64,000 nucleotides of DNA from Trichoplax sp. H2 (taxonomy: Eukaryota): the NCBI GenBank assembly GCA_003344405.1, contig NOWV01000022.1:310001-374000 (forward strand), given 5' to 3'. Both the position numbers and the translations under genes were made by a program. Below are positions 39,277 through 53,080 of the stretch, in pieces. Every line of letters begins with the position of its first letter. Position 1 is the stretch's first letter. The notes under the pieces were generated by a model that made no database searches, was not told the DNA's origin, and saw only the letters and a program-made list of their open reading frames with translations.

Positions 39277-41961
39277 ATGAAGATCTTCATAGTTCTCTCT
39301 CTTGTCGCCTGCGTTGCTGCCTTTAAACGTGAGCATAGCTCAAAAAAATCATTCTAGTGTCGCGGGGATCGTCTATACATGGGAACTTACGGAAATTTGA
39401 TTCAATCAAGCTATGCTTTAAATAGACAACTAGATAATGACCACGTGATAGAGTAATAATAAAGTATAGCGAACATTGACTACAGTTTTACCAATAAAAT
39501 ACGCAGACCAACGATCTAATGTCTGTGAAAAATCATGAATCATATTTATACCAACGTCTACCAGTATTAATTTGTATTAACTAGACTCAATGTGTGCAAA
39601 ATACGATACCGACAGACAGTTATTGAGTCAACGTACTCCATTTGTTAGCTTTTAATCACTTAGCAATTTCCACTTAACTAGGACTATACGATAGAATATA
39701 TTTTATTGAATTTTTTGTGTAGTATGTGTAGGCTTAGAAGCTCCAACGAATCATCAGAACTATTTTTCTTTAAAATTTTCTAAAACTGTCTAGAATTTTA
39801 CTCCTATATAGGCTGCTTGGTTAGTAAGGTATTATATGCTAGCTTAGCAATATAATCTAGCCGAAAAGAATCACATATAAGAAAGAGCACGGCTGCAGTT
39901 CTTAGTAATTTTGCTGGTGAATGTTATTACTAGCTTCTAGAAGATATTTTTAACACGTGTTGTGAGTTACATCAACATGTTTATTTTAATAAGTGGATAT
40001 ACGAGCACATGTGCTATAAGCACGTAGTATTTATTCGTAAGTCGTCCTAATCAAAGCTTTATATTACTTCATGATCGTTAAAAAATTTTCCATTTCTAAG
40101 TCTAGTTCCTCCTGCTGTAAAACAAATCAAACGTGGTAAGGATACTGTAAAATACATTAATTTTTCCTTGATGGACGAATTAATGGTAGAATATGAAATT
40201 AATTTAATTTAACCCGATGTTTGGAACGTGCGATTTTCGTTATACTGTTGTAATTTCGGCCTAAGACACCATAATTAAGAATGTTAATTATTTTTTTTTG
40301 CCAATTTAGAATGGAAAGTTCAGCCTGACAATATTGATAATAGCGACAGAATTGTTGTCGGGTCGAATGCTTATGCTGGTGATATCCTATATGTTGCATC
40401 TGTTAGACAATATATAGGAGGCTATTGTACACATATTTGTGGTGGTACTATTATTAGATATGATCGCGTTTTAACTACTGCTCATCGTACATTTGGTGTA
40501 TCGTGATTTAGTCAATATTGTAGCAAGTTAAATCACCATTAATGATAATCTTGATGACCATGAATAACATTCCTCTGTTAACTCTATGTAAGTTTTTGAA
40601 AGAATAATAAGGCTATAATGTTATTACGACTCCATAAAATAGTTTAAATCATATTGATGAGCTCAAAATAAATCGAAAAAATGTATTGTATATCGTACAT
40701 AGCCATTGATATGAGAAACATTTATCTATATAAAAATTACTTATGAAAATGATTTCTTTTTTCATGTATAATTGCCATTATAAAACTTAGGCATAAGACG
40801 CATTCATAGTCTTGATCGCCATTGATAATCTGTAAAATTGATATAACTGATGTAGATATTATTGAATTATTGTGATTAACTTATTCAGTACTCAACTTAA
40901 TTTTATAAAGTTTACTGGTAATAGATCATTCTGAATAAATTTAGTAACTCTTTTAGGGACAATATACTTGGATTAGGAAGAAAACATTAAACTACAAGCT
41001 ACAAGATCTTCATTTTTATTTACAGCGTTGAGCATTACTCGTACAGCTCATACAGTAACAATTACGACTTCTTAGTTTTAAGCCTTAGAAAATCAGTCAG
41101 TTATAACAGCTATGTAATTTCTATTTCGATGGGATCTGCTAGTACTGGTGAGTGGGTTACTGTAGCTGGACGGGGCGAGAATCATGAAGGTGGCCCAAAA
41201 TCGAATCACCTTCAGAAGCTCACTATCCCTATCATGAACGATCCTGATTTCAAGAAAGCTTACCCGAACGAAATCTATGATTCTGTGCAATATGCTAGTT
41301 GTACGATTAAAGCTGGCTTGGACTCTTGCTACGGAGACAGTGGTGGTCCGTTAACGCGAGGAACTGGTACATTAGCTGTCCTTGTTGGAGTTGTTGGCTG
41401 GGGCGATGGCTGGTATTTACTAAATTTTATCCAATTTTTATTATAGCATAACTGAGCTACATATTGATTTGCTGAAGTCGGCTATGGTATTATAATATCG
41501 TTAGAATAACGCAATACTGTACTGTTATCGCAGGAATATATGGCATCATAACAACACATATTTGCTGGAGTTATCTATTAAATATTGCTAGTATAAGACA
41601 TACAGTATATTTGGAACACAGTTTACCATTATTCCGGTAATTAATGTATCTCGATAAATATTTACAAGCTCATTTCACCTAATTTATTAAAAATAATAAT
41701 ATTCTACTAAAGTAATCGCAAAAAGAGTTTTTAGAAACGAACGCAATTTACTAATAACTGTATCTTAATGGCCTAGCATGCTTTACTACTGATACTATAT
41801 TGCACTATAATTTATTAAAAGAATTATTTAAAATTTTCGAAACATTTAAAGAGCTAAACTTAATAACAAAATACAATACTTTATTTAGGTTGTGCTCGCT
41901 ACGGCAAACCAGCGTCTATGGTCGTGTCAGTAAAATCCAATCATGGGCTAGTGGCATCTAA
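39277..41961 (+). pseudogene. Trypsin-like serine protease pseudogene (paralog of 49183-50860)
   Basis: Same exon layout as the intact gene: signal exon MKIFIVLSLVACVAAFK, micro-exon PPAVKQIK, DRIVVG..., DSCYGDSGGP, last exon GCARYGKP. Lesions: TGA at ~40504-40506, TAAHC to TTAHR, GWG to GRG, and a 1-bp deletion in the PGVY codons at ~41912. Confidence 0.85.
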
Positions 41962-43822
41962 CCGCACTACCTTATTATGATCTTACTACAATATGCTAAT
42001 ATTGAATAACCTAGTCCATTATAACTACCGACTTGATTATAAGTGATGTACTCCATTGCTTATTAATATAACGTTTCAACTCTTCATATTGTCACTAGAA
42101 GTCTGGAAGTCTAGATAATTAGGCTTATATTTATCGGGGATCTGTAGATTAAAAAATAAGTTTGCAACCTAATTCATCTATCGTGTTCGGGTCAATGATA
42201 AATTTGCTTGTATGGTAAAATGTTTCCATTAGCTTAATACGTACGGTTAATTAATTCAAGTAGGAAAATTAGGTTATAGTGAGGCCTTGGTAGTGATAAA
42301 TAAGATAGTGGACTAGTGGTGTTAAGATCACGGTACCGTATGTAATTATCGAGTTATATCACTTTCTTGTTGATATCAGGTTGACAATTTTGACAGGTTT
42401 ATTGTTAACACTGATGCTATCTAACCATGTTACTCTATAGTGGCAACCAATGTATGATATCCACTTAAGTTTAAACACTATCACCATATATGGATATTAA
42501 AACTTATTTAGGTTGTTATAGATAAGGTATTTGAGATAACAGGAACGTAGGAACTGACTAACGAGTTAGCGTACAAGGGTATTTATAGGTTTTAGATGGG
42601 ATTGAGATAATGTCTTTATATGTATAGCATGTCGTCTATATGTGGTCATGATGTCGTACATTATGAATGTAATACAATACAGTACTTAAACGGTATATGA
42701 TAAGTATTCGTATATTAGGATATTACTATACTAGGCATCTTCTATATAAAGATCATAATGTTCACCGTCACGTGATAGCCACTGCAGTTCCACGGTAGTC
42801 TCAATGCCGATGAAAAACTGCTTGGTTGAAGGCTGTTTTATAGTTTAACCTCGGGATAGGCTGGTCTGAATATTCCAGTTCTAATGACTCTCAATTGAAT
42901 TTTTTCCACATAAGAAATGTTACAGTAGCATTTATTAACTCTAGCATGACTGACTAGCTCTCAACTGTCATCTAACACCAGACTATCGTACTACAATACG
43001 GTACTAGCAGTCATCACGGCAGCTTACTGTCACCTGCTGTCACCGTTCTGTACTCGACAGTGTCAACTTTTGAACTGGTCTTCTTGACGATTTCAACAGC
43101 CTCTTAAACGGTCCTCAACAAATTGGAGCCGTTTTAAGTTGCCCGTATTGAGAATAATTATATCTTACGTGTTGAACAACATCAAGCACCTCTAGTTCTA
43201 TTTCTTTACGAGGCAATTCTACGTAAATGGCCTTAATTGATACGCATACAAACTGTGGATGCTTTAGTGTTATGTCTGACTCACAAGGATTGTGCAGACA
43301 GGTCAAGGATGAAGGAAGGAGTTTTACTGACAGATTAAATACTAATAGTTACTCCAGTAGTCAACGGCACAGAAAGGACAATCATATATTAATCGTAATA
43401 AGGATAAGACTTATGTATGTATAGCTATAGCTCGTAGTAAGGCATTCGATGTAGTTGCTCTGATTGGCTATCATGTTGAATACAGGATAAGATAGCTACA
43501 AATACTTACAGGACGTACTGTTATAGATGCTTTCCATTTAACGAATACTTAAAAATAAAATAAATAAATGTTGATTTACAGATTGAGCTAAATAGCATAC
43601 AGCACTTGACGAAATAGAAGTCATAATTCGGTAATATTGCATATCATAAAATCAGTTTTTTTTTTCCAACTACGGAAATTGCTATTGACAAGTTTTACCA
43701 TTTAAATTTGGTACGATAATGAATAAGCATCATTTTTTCCTTAAATATGCAATCATGCTAAATAGAACTACAATTTATCTACCCGGTTGATGTGTATTCA
43801 ATTCTGATCGCTTTGTTGCAAA

Positions 43823-43998
43823 TATACGTATGCTACCTAGTGTTCAATTGCACGCTGCTAGTAGTTTATGCAGTAGATTAATAGTTTAATTACATATTAT
43901 TATAATTATTAATCACAATTAATAATGAGCAATTTATTAAACTATTAATCTGCTACATACACTACTGGCAGAATGGAATTTTCACATACATACGTATA
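43823..43998. mobile_element. Palindromic MITE-like element
   Basis: 35-bp arms tgctagtagtttatgcagtagattaatagtttaat (from 43856) and attaaactattaatctgctacatacactactggca (to 43970), plus outer tatacgtatg/catacgtata arms. Confidence 0.6.
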
Positions 43999-44261
43999 AC
44001 AGCGCTATCTAGGTATGCACTGTAATTTTAACGGATTGTTGACGCCGAAAAAATATTTAATTGTTGCAGTCCTGATGGTTATCGGATATTATTGACGTTA
44101 ATATTGACGGTTGACTAGATCGGATTAGGAAAAAATTCTATCGTTTTCAGGACTTTTTATGGAAATGGACTGCCAATGATAAACTGGAGTAAATGCGTAT
44201 GGTAAACACTAAACACCACAGAGTACCACCGTATACAGTACGTTTACTGCACCGTTCTATC

Positions 44262-44392
44262 CATTAGTCAAACTGCGGAATGTCGAGTCAAGTAGCGGAA
44301 TTCACTTAACGGATACTCAATTCGCGGGATGGCTAGTCAAATCGTAGAATGGTTAAGCAATTCGCAAACAGGCTAAGGAATTCACATAGACT
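44262..44392. repeat. Degenerate ~20-bp minisatellite (consensus ~tggctagtcaa(a/t)tcgcggaa), about 6 units
   Basis: Units ttagtcaaactgcggaa, tgtcgagtcaagtagcggaa, ggatactcaattcgcggga, tggctagtcaaatcgtagaa, tggttaagcaattcgcaaac, aggctaaggaattcac. Flanked by atacagtacgtt direct repeats (~44234 and ~44406). Confidence 0.55.
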
Positions 44393-47300
44393 GGAAACAC
44401 CTACCATACAGTACGTTAGCGAAGTATTTAAAGAATTACGCAGACACGGTACAGCAAACGGCTTAGATATAATATCTGCGAGAGTGCTGCATCGTCTTAT
44501 GAGTTAGTAAATTATTGTACTTATGTAAGAGTATAATACACAAAATTTTCATAAATTTGCACTATTAGACAGTAATGCAAGGGGTGAAAGTGTACAAATA
44601 GCTGTCATAATTCCAAAGACAGAAATCTTGAGTGACCCATGTTGTGCTATGAAAATGGTACAATTTTATCATTTAATAAGATTGCATAAGCTTCTCAATA
44701 TACAGAATTTAGCTAAAACAGCTAATAGCGTTCTACTTGTAGGAGGGAGTTGTAAGGAGGACTAAAAAGAGCACTCACATTAAATACCATACCTCACTAT
44801 TGACTAAGAACACCTCAGATTGCTACCGGAGGATAACGGTTTTGAGTTGAAAACTACAGATGGATCGAAACGCTCCAAACTACGTATAGCGACAAGCCAT
44901 TTGAGGAGACAAGAAAAGTAAATTAGGCGGGCATTACCTTGTGTCACATGCTCGTATGCGACGAGTTACAGTATGTTATGTATGTAGATTGTTAGTCATG
45001 AATTAGATACCTAATTTGCAAGAGAGCTCAAAGGTCAGATTGTGCTCCGGTCCTGGTTAATCTCATGTTATAGCATGCTCTAACGTACAGTATTTAAAGT
45101 AAGGCTTATAGATGTACTAATTTAGATCTAAGAATATACGATAGATGGATGATACGGTTTATCAGTATTAACTTCCGCGCATAGAAAGTATAAAGTGAGT
45201 TATTTTTTTAAACAAAGAGAGTTCTAGTTTGATCTTAATGAAGACTGGTATCTGTGCTTAACTGCGCTTGGAAGCAGTTTCTGTGCTACAGAAGTGATCG
45301 AAAGACCTTGACAGTGTCACAATGAAACGAACGATTAACTTCTTAGGTCCAGCGTATGCAACTATCGTAGCTTTAAATATTTAAAGGTTTGAATAGCCAC
45401 GAATTAAAACAACGGTTATTGTGGTATATTAGAATAATTATACTACATAGTTTACAAACCAGAGGAACATACTAATAAGATAGTCGGTCCGATTTCGGAT
45501 TTAGTTAAATTTCGCTAGGATTACAATGTAATTAAATTTATAATGAGCATTGTCAGAATTGAACCTGAGTTAGTTAGATATACGCATATAGCAAGAATTT
45601 TATAACATAATTTTATGACATAATCTATCTTTGGCAACCGATAGCTAGGTGTTTTGCACCGTCTAGTTCTAAAACATGTATACCTTGAAAACCTAAAAAT
45701 TCTTAATCTACGGGTACATACGTTTATATTACTTCTAGTTATTACAATAGGTGTACTTTTATTACTTAAGATGATAACTGAGGTAAAGATAACGTTCAGA
45801 TTCATTTGTGGACTATTATTATCAATATCTAATGACCTTAAATTTAAATCATCAATGCATCATGTGACAAAAAACTTGGGCTTAATTTATTAATCGTATT
45901 ATGGCATCATTATTGTACATATAGATCATCATGTGATGTTTACTCCACGTAATCAAATCTTATCTACAAGATGCGCGGCTTTTAAGCTGTCTTAATAAAT
46001 CATCTATGATAAATTGCACCAATTAAAGTCTAAGGTGGTTGAACCATGAGTCAATAACCTCACTATTTTCTGTTAATATAATGAAAGTTATGACATTGAA
46101 CTGAAGGCAAATGATGAATGCAGAATCATGCGATACGGTACGCTTCAGTGGATTACTTGATTAATAAAACATGCCATGAGATTATTCAATCGTCAAGATA
46201 AATAAGCTATTCAGTTTAAAACGCTAAATATCTTGTTAAGATCAATTCACGAGTAAAACAGTTTGCCCTTGGTACATACCATAGCCATACCTGAATTCTG
46301 CTGCAATAAAGCATCTTAAAAATAATATCATAAAAGCTTGAAATTTTTGTTAACTTCACTTTTATTACATGGACTCGTTCTTTTACCAGTTTCGCAATCT
46401 TGACATCTAACCCTTAAACTTGGCCATTTTGGAGCTACACTGCGACTGTTTAGCATACCTTGGTAGCGAGTATCAATAAATAATAGGTTATCGAACACGT
46501 TTTCATTAGCATAAGTATGTTTTTGTCGAATTATTAGCATCTTCTATATTTAAGATTGCTATTATCAAAAACGCCCATATTGTTGTTAAGATAATCCAAC
46601 TGAAATATTTGGATCGTTTAAACTCAAAAGCTTTTTTTTGAGACCTAGTGTTACGGCACTACGTTGCCCAAATTATAGAATTCAAGAAAGTATTGTTGCT
46701 GACAGTGGTTCAGTGCTCTAGTATGTTTGGTAGATTATAGTACAGCGTATCTACCGGCTGTGAGCCTTTTAGCAGGGTAGCCATAGTAGCAGTACTATAT
46801 TCTTACTAGATCTTTCGGTAGATTAGGGTAGTAATCTGTAGAAGCAACTCGAAGTAAGTGCTTACGTTAGACTAGTAAACTTGTTAGGAGGTAGTCAGTC
46901 ATTATAGCAAATTTATGACTATTTTTACTACGAAAGTAAGGTACACTACGTAATTCTCAAACAGAGTCTGATATAAAAAGGGGTTAACTCTTAAAGTGGA
47001 AGTAAAAAAATTATGATGTTGTAGACAATATCATCAATAAAATGCGTGTTAGCATCACGAATGATAATGTCGACTGCTGTTATTGTCTTAGCAACGGAAA
47101 TTGACTTTAAGTGGAATTTCTAGAATATATTGTCATAACTTTACGTTCTAATACATTACCATTATATGTAGTATTTAAGTGCTTTACTTGATAAAATAGG
47201 ATGTAGTAATCACGCCGAAATTGTCTTATGTTATTTATTGACTTAGCGATGTATGCTATGAGATCTTTAGTATGAACAACATTCTCAATGGCTTCTCTTT

Positions 47301-49182
47301 CAATTTTTATTCGAGTGGCAGTATTATTCAATAGGCAGCGATGGTATTGACATAGCAGTAGCCGTTGTTTTCTAGAATTATGCGCTTTGATACATTATGT
47401 AAATAGAAGATAGCTAATGCACTGTAACTTATAATATACTATTTTCTTCACTTTTTTATTGCTATTATAGGATAAACTATTGCAAATCATTAAAATGCAG
47501 TATTACACTATGACAAACGAAAGTAATTATCCATAAAACTCTGCTAAATATATTAACTATATTTCTAAAACTTGGTTTAAAAGATAATAAAGTTTTGCAC
47601 CTAGTTTTTTCTCAGTATTAAATTAAGTCATTCGACAGTAGCCACAGCATTACTACATCTACCCTAAATAATATCTGACCATATTATACTCATTGTTATT
47701 GATATAATACGAAGCCGCGTAGCAGAGACTGATATAACTAATCAGTTAACCTTCTTTACTGTGTTACAAGCAAGTTTATGTATTTTTAACAAACTAGTAA
47801 TTTTTAGTTTGCTAACCCCCTTGTAGTCTAAATTAAATAACGGACGCAGAGAAAGTTAAATTTTTAATCCGTTTAATGGGGTGGCTTTTAAGTATTAACA
47901 AACTCCGTCACCATGTTGATTAATATAACATTGTTGAATAGCCATTAATGTTTTTATCTAGTCTTAAATCAATAATTTCCACAACAATCACTTCTTGGTA
48001 TACATCAATTTCGTAATTTTATGGGGTGGATACCTATTGAACTTTGGGCACATTCCTCGGTAGCCAATGATGCAAAAAGGTGATAACTTTAAGTTTATTA
48101 CGTTTTTAGCGGCAATTGTAGCTCACTCACTTGTCATTTCATGCTATGAAAATAAATCGATTTATGTCCTTTTGATAAATTAGTAATGGCTGCAACACCT
48201 AACCTTGATATTTTTCTACATTAATTGAACAAAAGTTGAAAATATTCTGTAGCTGATTCTTCATGATGACATCACTCAGATTAATATTTACATAATATGA
48301 GATCCGAAGTACTCAATATTAGTATTTACAATCTAAATTTAAGCGTAGTACGATTGTTTATAAAAACAATCAAGGTCAATTAATTCTGATAATAATATTA
48401 TACTGAACCGATTAACAGTTACCGTCTCATAAATAGGTCATAACAGGTATACAAAATCATCTAAAATTGATTAAAATAACACGCGCTGTACACTGCTTAA
48501 AAGCATGCTCATCTGGGTTAGAGATAAATGACCAGGTCAATAAATCATCGGTCAATATTGGTTTAATTTTACCCAACCTAAATGAATTAATAATTCATTC
48601 TTTCATCATCTCAGTAACCTATAAATTGGAGATCATTATAGCTGAGTTTATCACTTCTTCGTTAGGATAGAGAATTATATATCTGGTAAGAATCTTTCGT
48701 TGTTATAACATTTTTATTACCTGCGGTACGGTAAGCACTGGGCATGAAATTTATTCCTTCACATGTTCTATTTCTTAGTATGGGATACAGATAGTTGGAT
48801 GTTACTCGTAAATATAAATTACCAGTAGTCAATAGAGAATCTTTTTGGGTTATAGTAAACTAATAATACTTTAAAGAATGCCTCACCTAATTTGTTGTCA
48901 TCGTTGATTGAAAAGTAGAGTAATTAAATTATGTATAGTTTTCTGTGAAAAGTAATTGTATATTATGACGTACGCATTTAGTGTACCAGTTCCACGAAAT
49001 AATTATTTTTATCTGTGCTTATACATGCGAACATCAATAATTATAAAATTTCTTTCGATAATATTTTTAAGCTACTGTACGATTATTATCACTATTTGAT
49101 CTAACTAGACCATAGATGAACTTGGTTATATTAGCATAAGCTCAAACAAAAATCCATTTTAAAATTTTTTCCTAAAGATATC

Positions 49183-50860
49183 ATGAAGATTTTGGTTATT
49201 GTCGCTCTTTTCGCTTGCGCTACCGCCTTCAGGCGTAAGTAAAAACTATAGCTTGTAATATTTTTCAAAGCCTTGACCTCTATAGTAAAATTTGGAATTA
49301 AATAATTGCCGTACACTTATTTCAGTACCAGAACAGCACGGTAATGTAAAATTTACTTGACAATAGAATAGCTAAAAGACATGAAATACTGTATAATCAT
49401 GAAGTCAAATCTATATATTTTCATTTAGTTTTCAGGTACGCTACAGTAAATATAGATACTGTACATCTTTTGTAATACTACTTTTTCTTATTTTTTATTC
49501 ATTTTCCCTTTCATATGGAATAATCCAGTTCCACCTGCTTTTAAGCAAGTACCACGTAAGATCAATTATTTTCGTGCCTGTTATTATTATTTTTTATGAG
49601 CTACTTTTAAGGAACAGCCCTAATTGGAAGTAAAAAATTAATTTATTTGATATGCAAAGGCCCAGCTGATTGGCGCCCACAACCAAAATGGGAAGTTGAC
49701 GATGACAAGATCGTCGGTGGAGTAGAAGCTAAACAAAATGAGTTCCCATTCATCGTTTCCTTGAGAAGGAAGCCTTGGTGGCTCGGCAGCACTGCTTCTC
49801 ACTTCTGTGGTGGTTCCATCATTGGAGCTAACAAAGTTCTCACTGCTGCTCACTGTACTTCCGGTACCTCTGCTTCTGATATTACCGTTGCTGCTGGTCA
49901 ATTTGACAAAAGCAGTGATACTGACGACAATGAACAAATTCGAACTGCTTCGAGGAAGTAAGTTTCGATTTTATCTTCAAGAAATTATTCCAAACCAAGA
50001 ATTTTATTATGAATCTATAACAGTTAACGTTACATTAGTACTCATCTAATGCACTGTGGCTTATGCAATCATACATAATTTAATTAAAATAGTACTTAAA
50101 TTATAGCCTATATCAGTGTCAAAGTAGAATACGACTAAATTTATTTTGGATTGCAGCATAACATTTTCATTTAATTTCTTTAATATAGATTTTGACATTG
50201 ACATCAGAGATTTCATAACTGTACATTTTATATTACAGATCTGAGCATTCCGACTATAACTCTCAAACAGTTGATATGGATTTCGCAGTCTTGACAATGT
50301 CTAGCTCGTTTACATTTAACACAAATGTTGCTAAAATTACAATGGGAGGAGCTCAACCTGGTCAAATGCTTACTGTTTCTGGTTGGGGTACTCTTTCCGC
50401 AGGTGGTTCCTCCCCTAACAATCTTCAAAGAGTAGATGTCCCTGCTATCACAAATACTGAATGTAATGCTGCCTATAAGGGCGGAATCACCGATAACATG
50501 CTATGCGCTGGTTACAGTGCTGGTGGCAAAGATTCTTGTCAAGGTGACAGTGGTGGCCCATTGGTCCGTTTTGATGGTACAACTCCAACCCTTGTCGGTG
50601 TTGTTAGCTGGGGCAATGGTATGTCCTATCACAACTGTTTTAATAACTACTGATATTATCAATCTTACTATAATATTTCTAATTAACAACCGAATAGGTT
50701 ATATTCATATTTATAACTTCTCTACCATATAAAGTATCGATTCTAATCCAGATTAAATAATGTGATACAACTTGTAATTAATATAGGCTGTGCTGAACCA
50801 GGATATCCAGGCGTTTATGCCCGTTGCTCGAAAGTACAAAGCTGGATCATGTCACAGTAA
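49183..50860 (+). CDS. Secreted trypsinogen (S1A serine protease, Asp189 specificity). Exons: 49183-49234, 49529-49555, 49660-49957, 50239-50618, 50787-50860
   Basis: Signal peptide [15 protein letters not shown] and VDDDK|IVGG activation site. Catalytic motifs HFCGGS, LTAAHC (His57), DMDFAVL (Asp102), [12 protein letters not shown] (Asp189, Ser195) and [22 protein letters not shown] at ~48622 and a probable non-coding first exon ending near 48685. Confidence 0.95.
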
Positions 50861-53080
50861 CTTAATAAAATGGTTAAAGCGAATGGGGCCGATTCTTGAA
50901 TACCCTAAAATTATCAATTTACCAAATATTGTTCTTAGTTTAATAAGAGTAGCATTAGTCTAGTTTATTAATGGCATTAATTAAGTAACTTTTCCACCAA
51001 TGAAGTTACTTTTTAGTTATGTCAGGAATAGAAATATCGTTCTAAAACAGAATAAAATCAGCATGAAATTATTATGATCAAGAGTGATTTTATTTCTGAG
51101 CTAATAAGGAATTACACGTTCATAATATTCTAAATCAAATATATCGATGATTTTGCAAAAGTAGTAACAATCAAAAGCGAATAATCAAGCAATAAAATAT
51201 TAGCTGACATCTGATATTACTAAACTATAAAATACACTCTTGTATTACACTGTGGTATGAAAATAGTCGTTCTGATTTAGTGAATCATGATTAATAAGGA
51301 AAACGAATTTTAATTCACTTTCCGAATTAATTCTTATTCTGAATAACTTTTCAATAGTGTCAGTGTGCTATGATAATGATGAATATAACGGGAAATACAT
51401 GTTCTTATCAAGGTTAAAAAAATTAAGGTAGTAGAGGCACCGTATAGCTTGAAAGACATCAAGAATCATATTACCTTCAAGAAATCTAAGCTGTAATTGC
51501 CGTTCAGTGTTGCGCATAATTACTAAAATAGAAGCTAAACTAAATCAAAATGTTATATATAGTGAAATAATTTCAAACATTTATTTACATATAACAATTA
51601 CTCAGTGGTTGAAACTAAAGTAAGCACAATGATTGATTGAAAATATCAAACATTACTTACATTGATCTTGATGCAATTATTAGACTATATAGTATGCTTT
51701 CATTTGATACGATGAAAATCGAATCGAAATATGCATGAATTTCTTCAGAAGATTTAAATATTGCGATGCTAGCCCTACTCCTATTAGTCACCCAGTCACT
51801 AGTATCACAATGAAGCGGTTAAAATTAATTTATTACTTAAAATTTATTGTTGAATATTACAGTATTAAAACTTCAGATCATACAACTACGTACAGCTAGC
51901 TTGAAGGCTATCGACTCTACTCCTCTAGGTGTAGGCCATTTATACTTTCTTGAAAGCTTATTAACAAATATGTTTGTTAAATTAATCTTCTAGTCAATTC
52001 AAGTAAAACCCTAACTTACCCTATCCGATAGTATTCCTTATACTAATTAATATTTAATATGGCTCCTTCATGTGCAAGACCCCTAACTAGGTATGATTAT
52101 CATCTCTCACTCTGAGCCAATCATACGTAATTTATTGAGACATGCTGATGCCGCTTTTCGAGGCGCCCTACAGTCTCACTTAGAGTTACAACTAACATCT
52201 CTAACATCATCCACTACCCATATGCGATGACCATAATACTACAATGTGATCTTAACACCACTAGTCCACTATCTTATTTATCACTACCAAGGCCTCACTA
52301 TAACCTAATTTTCCTACTTGAATTAATTTACCGTACGTATTAAGCTAATGGAAACATTTTACCATGCAAGTAAATTTATCATTGACCCGGACACGATAGA
52401 TGAATTAGGTTGCAAACTTATTTTTTAAAGAAGATATTATTACAACGGTGACCCTTGGACCGGTATCGATACAAGCATTTGGAACACGCCGCACTGTTTT
52501 TCATACGAGTTAATATAGCCATAGATCCTGTTTGCACGCGATACACACCATTTGATTTCATGTAGCATGACCTTCATTTAGGGTCATTGCAGAAGTTGAT
52601 TGGTCAACGCCTTTTAACCGAAGACTACCCGATTTGACTTACTACTGCCTATCTAACATAGGGTATACAGTAAATGGCCGGGCATCGTCTATGTTTGGAC
52701 GATTTCTACATTGCCCTTCAAACAGGTACTGCATGTAAATGGAGTAGTCGATGAGTGAATATTTCATACTACAGTAGTTTTCTAGTATTTCATTCAGTTT
52801 TTGCAGTCTGTAGTGAGCGCCAGAATATCCAACTTTCAAACGAGGCAATTGACCCCTACCCCCGCGCCTACAATAAGCGTCTGCAAGTATCGGTTTGGCT
52901 GCTTATTGTCAATACTGTATTTACTGTCGATCACTGACGCCTCGTACCAACCCCAACAAACGTTGCAGAATTTGCACTTGATGTAATCACTTTGTTAATA
53001 CCGACAACATCAGTGGACAAAATCTTTTGTATCATCATTTTGGCAGTTGTTCAATGTAGTAAGACTATCTTTCCTACAAA

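Larger units (their letters stand above)
42149..52428. repeat. 183-bp near-identical inverted repeat pair (42149-42331 and 52246-52428)
   Basis: ttaaaaaataagtttgcaacctaattcatctatcgtg...gactagtggtgttaagatcac is matched by its reverse complement with only about 4 mismatches by eye. Confidence 0.9.

Noticed and set aside
42780..43310. Coding-like higher-GC stretch on the - strand
   Set aside because: Only short interrupted frames with no identifiable family.
52690..52760. Ankyrin-like fragment on the - strand (TP..CLKGNVEIVQ)
   Set aside because: Needs two indels to restore the consensus, is a single short unit and is followed by a stop. It could be chance.
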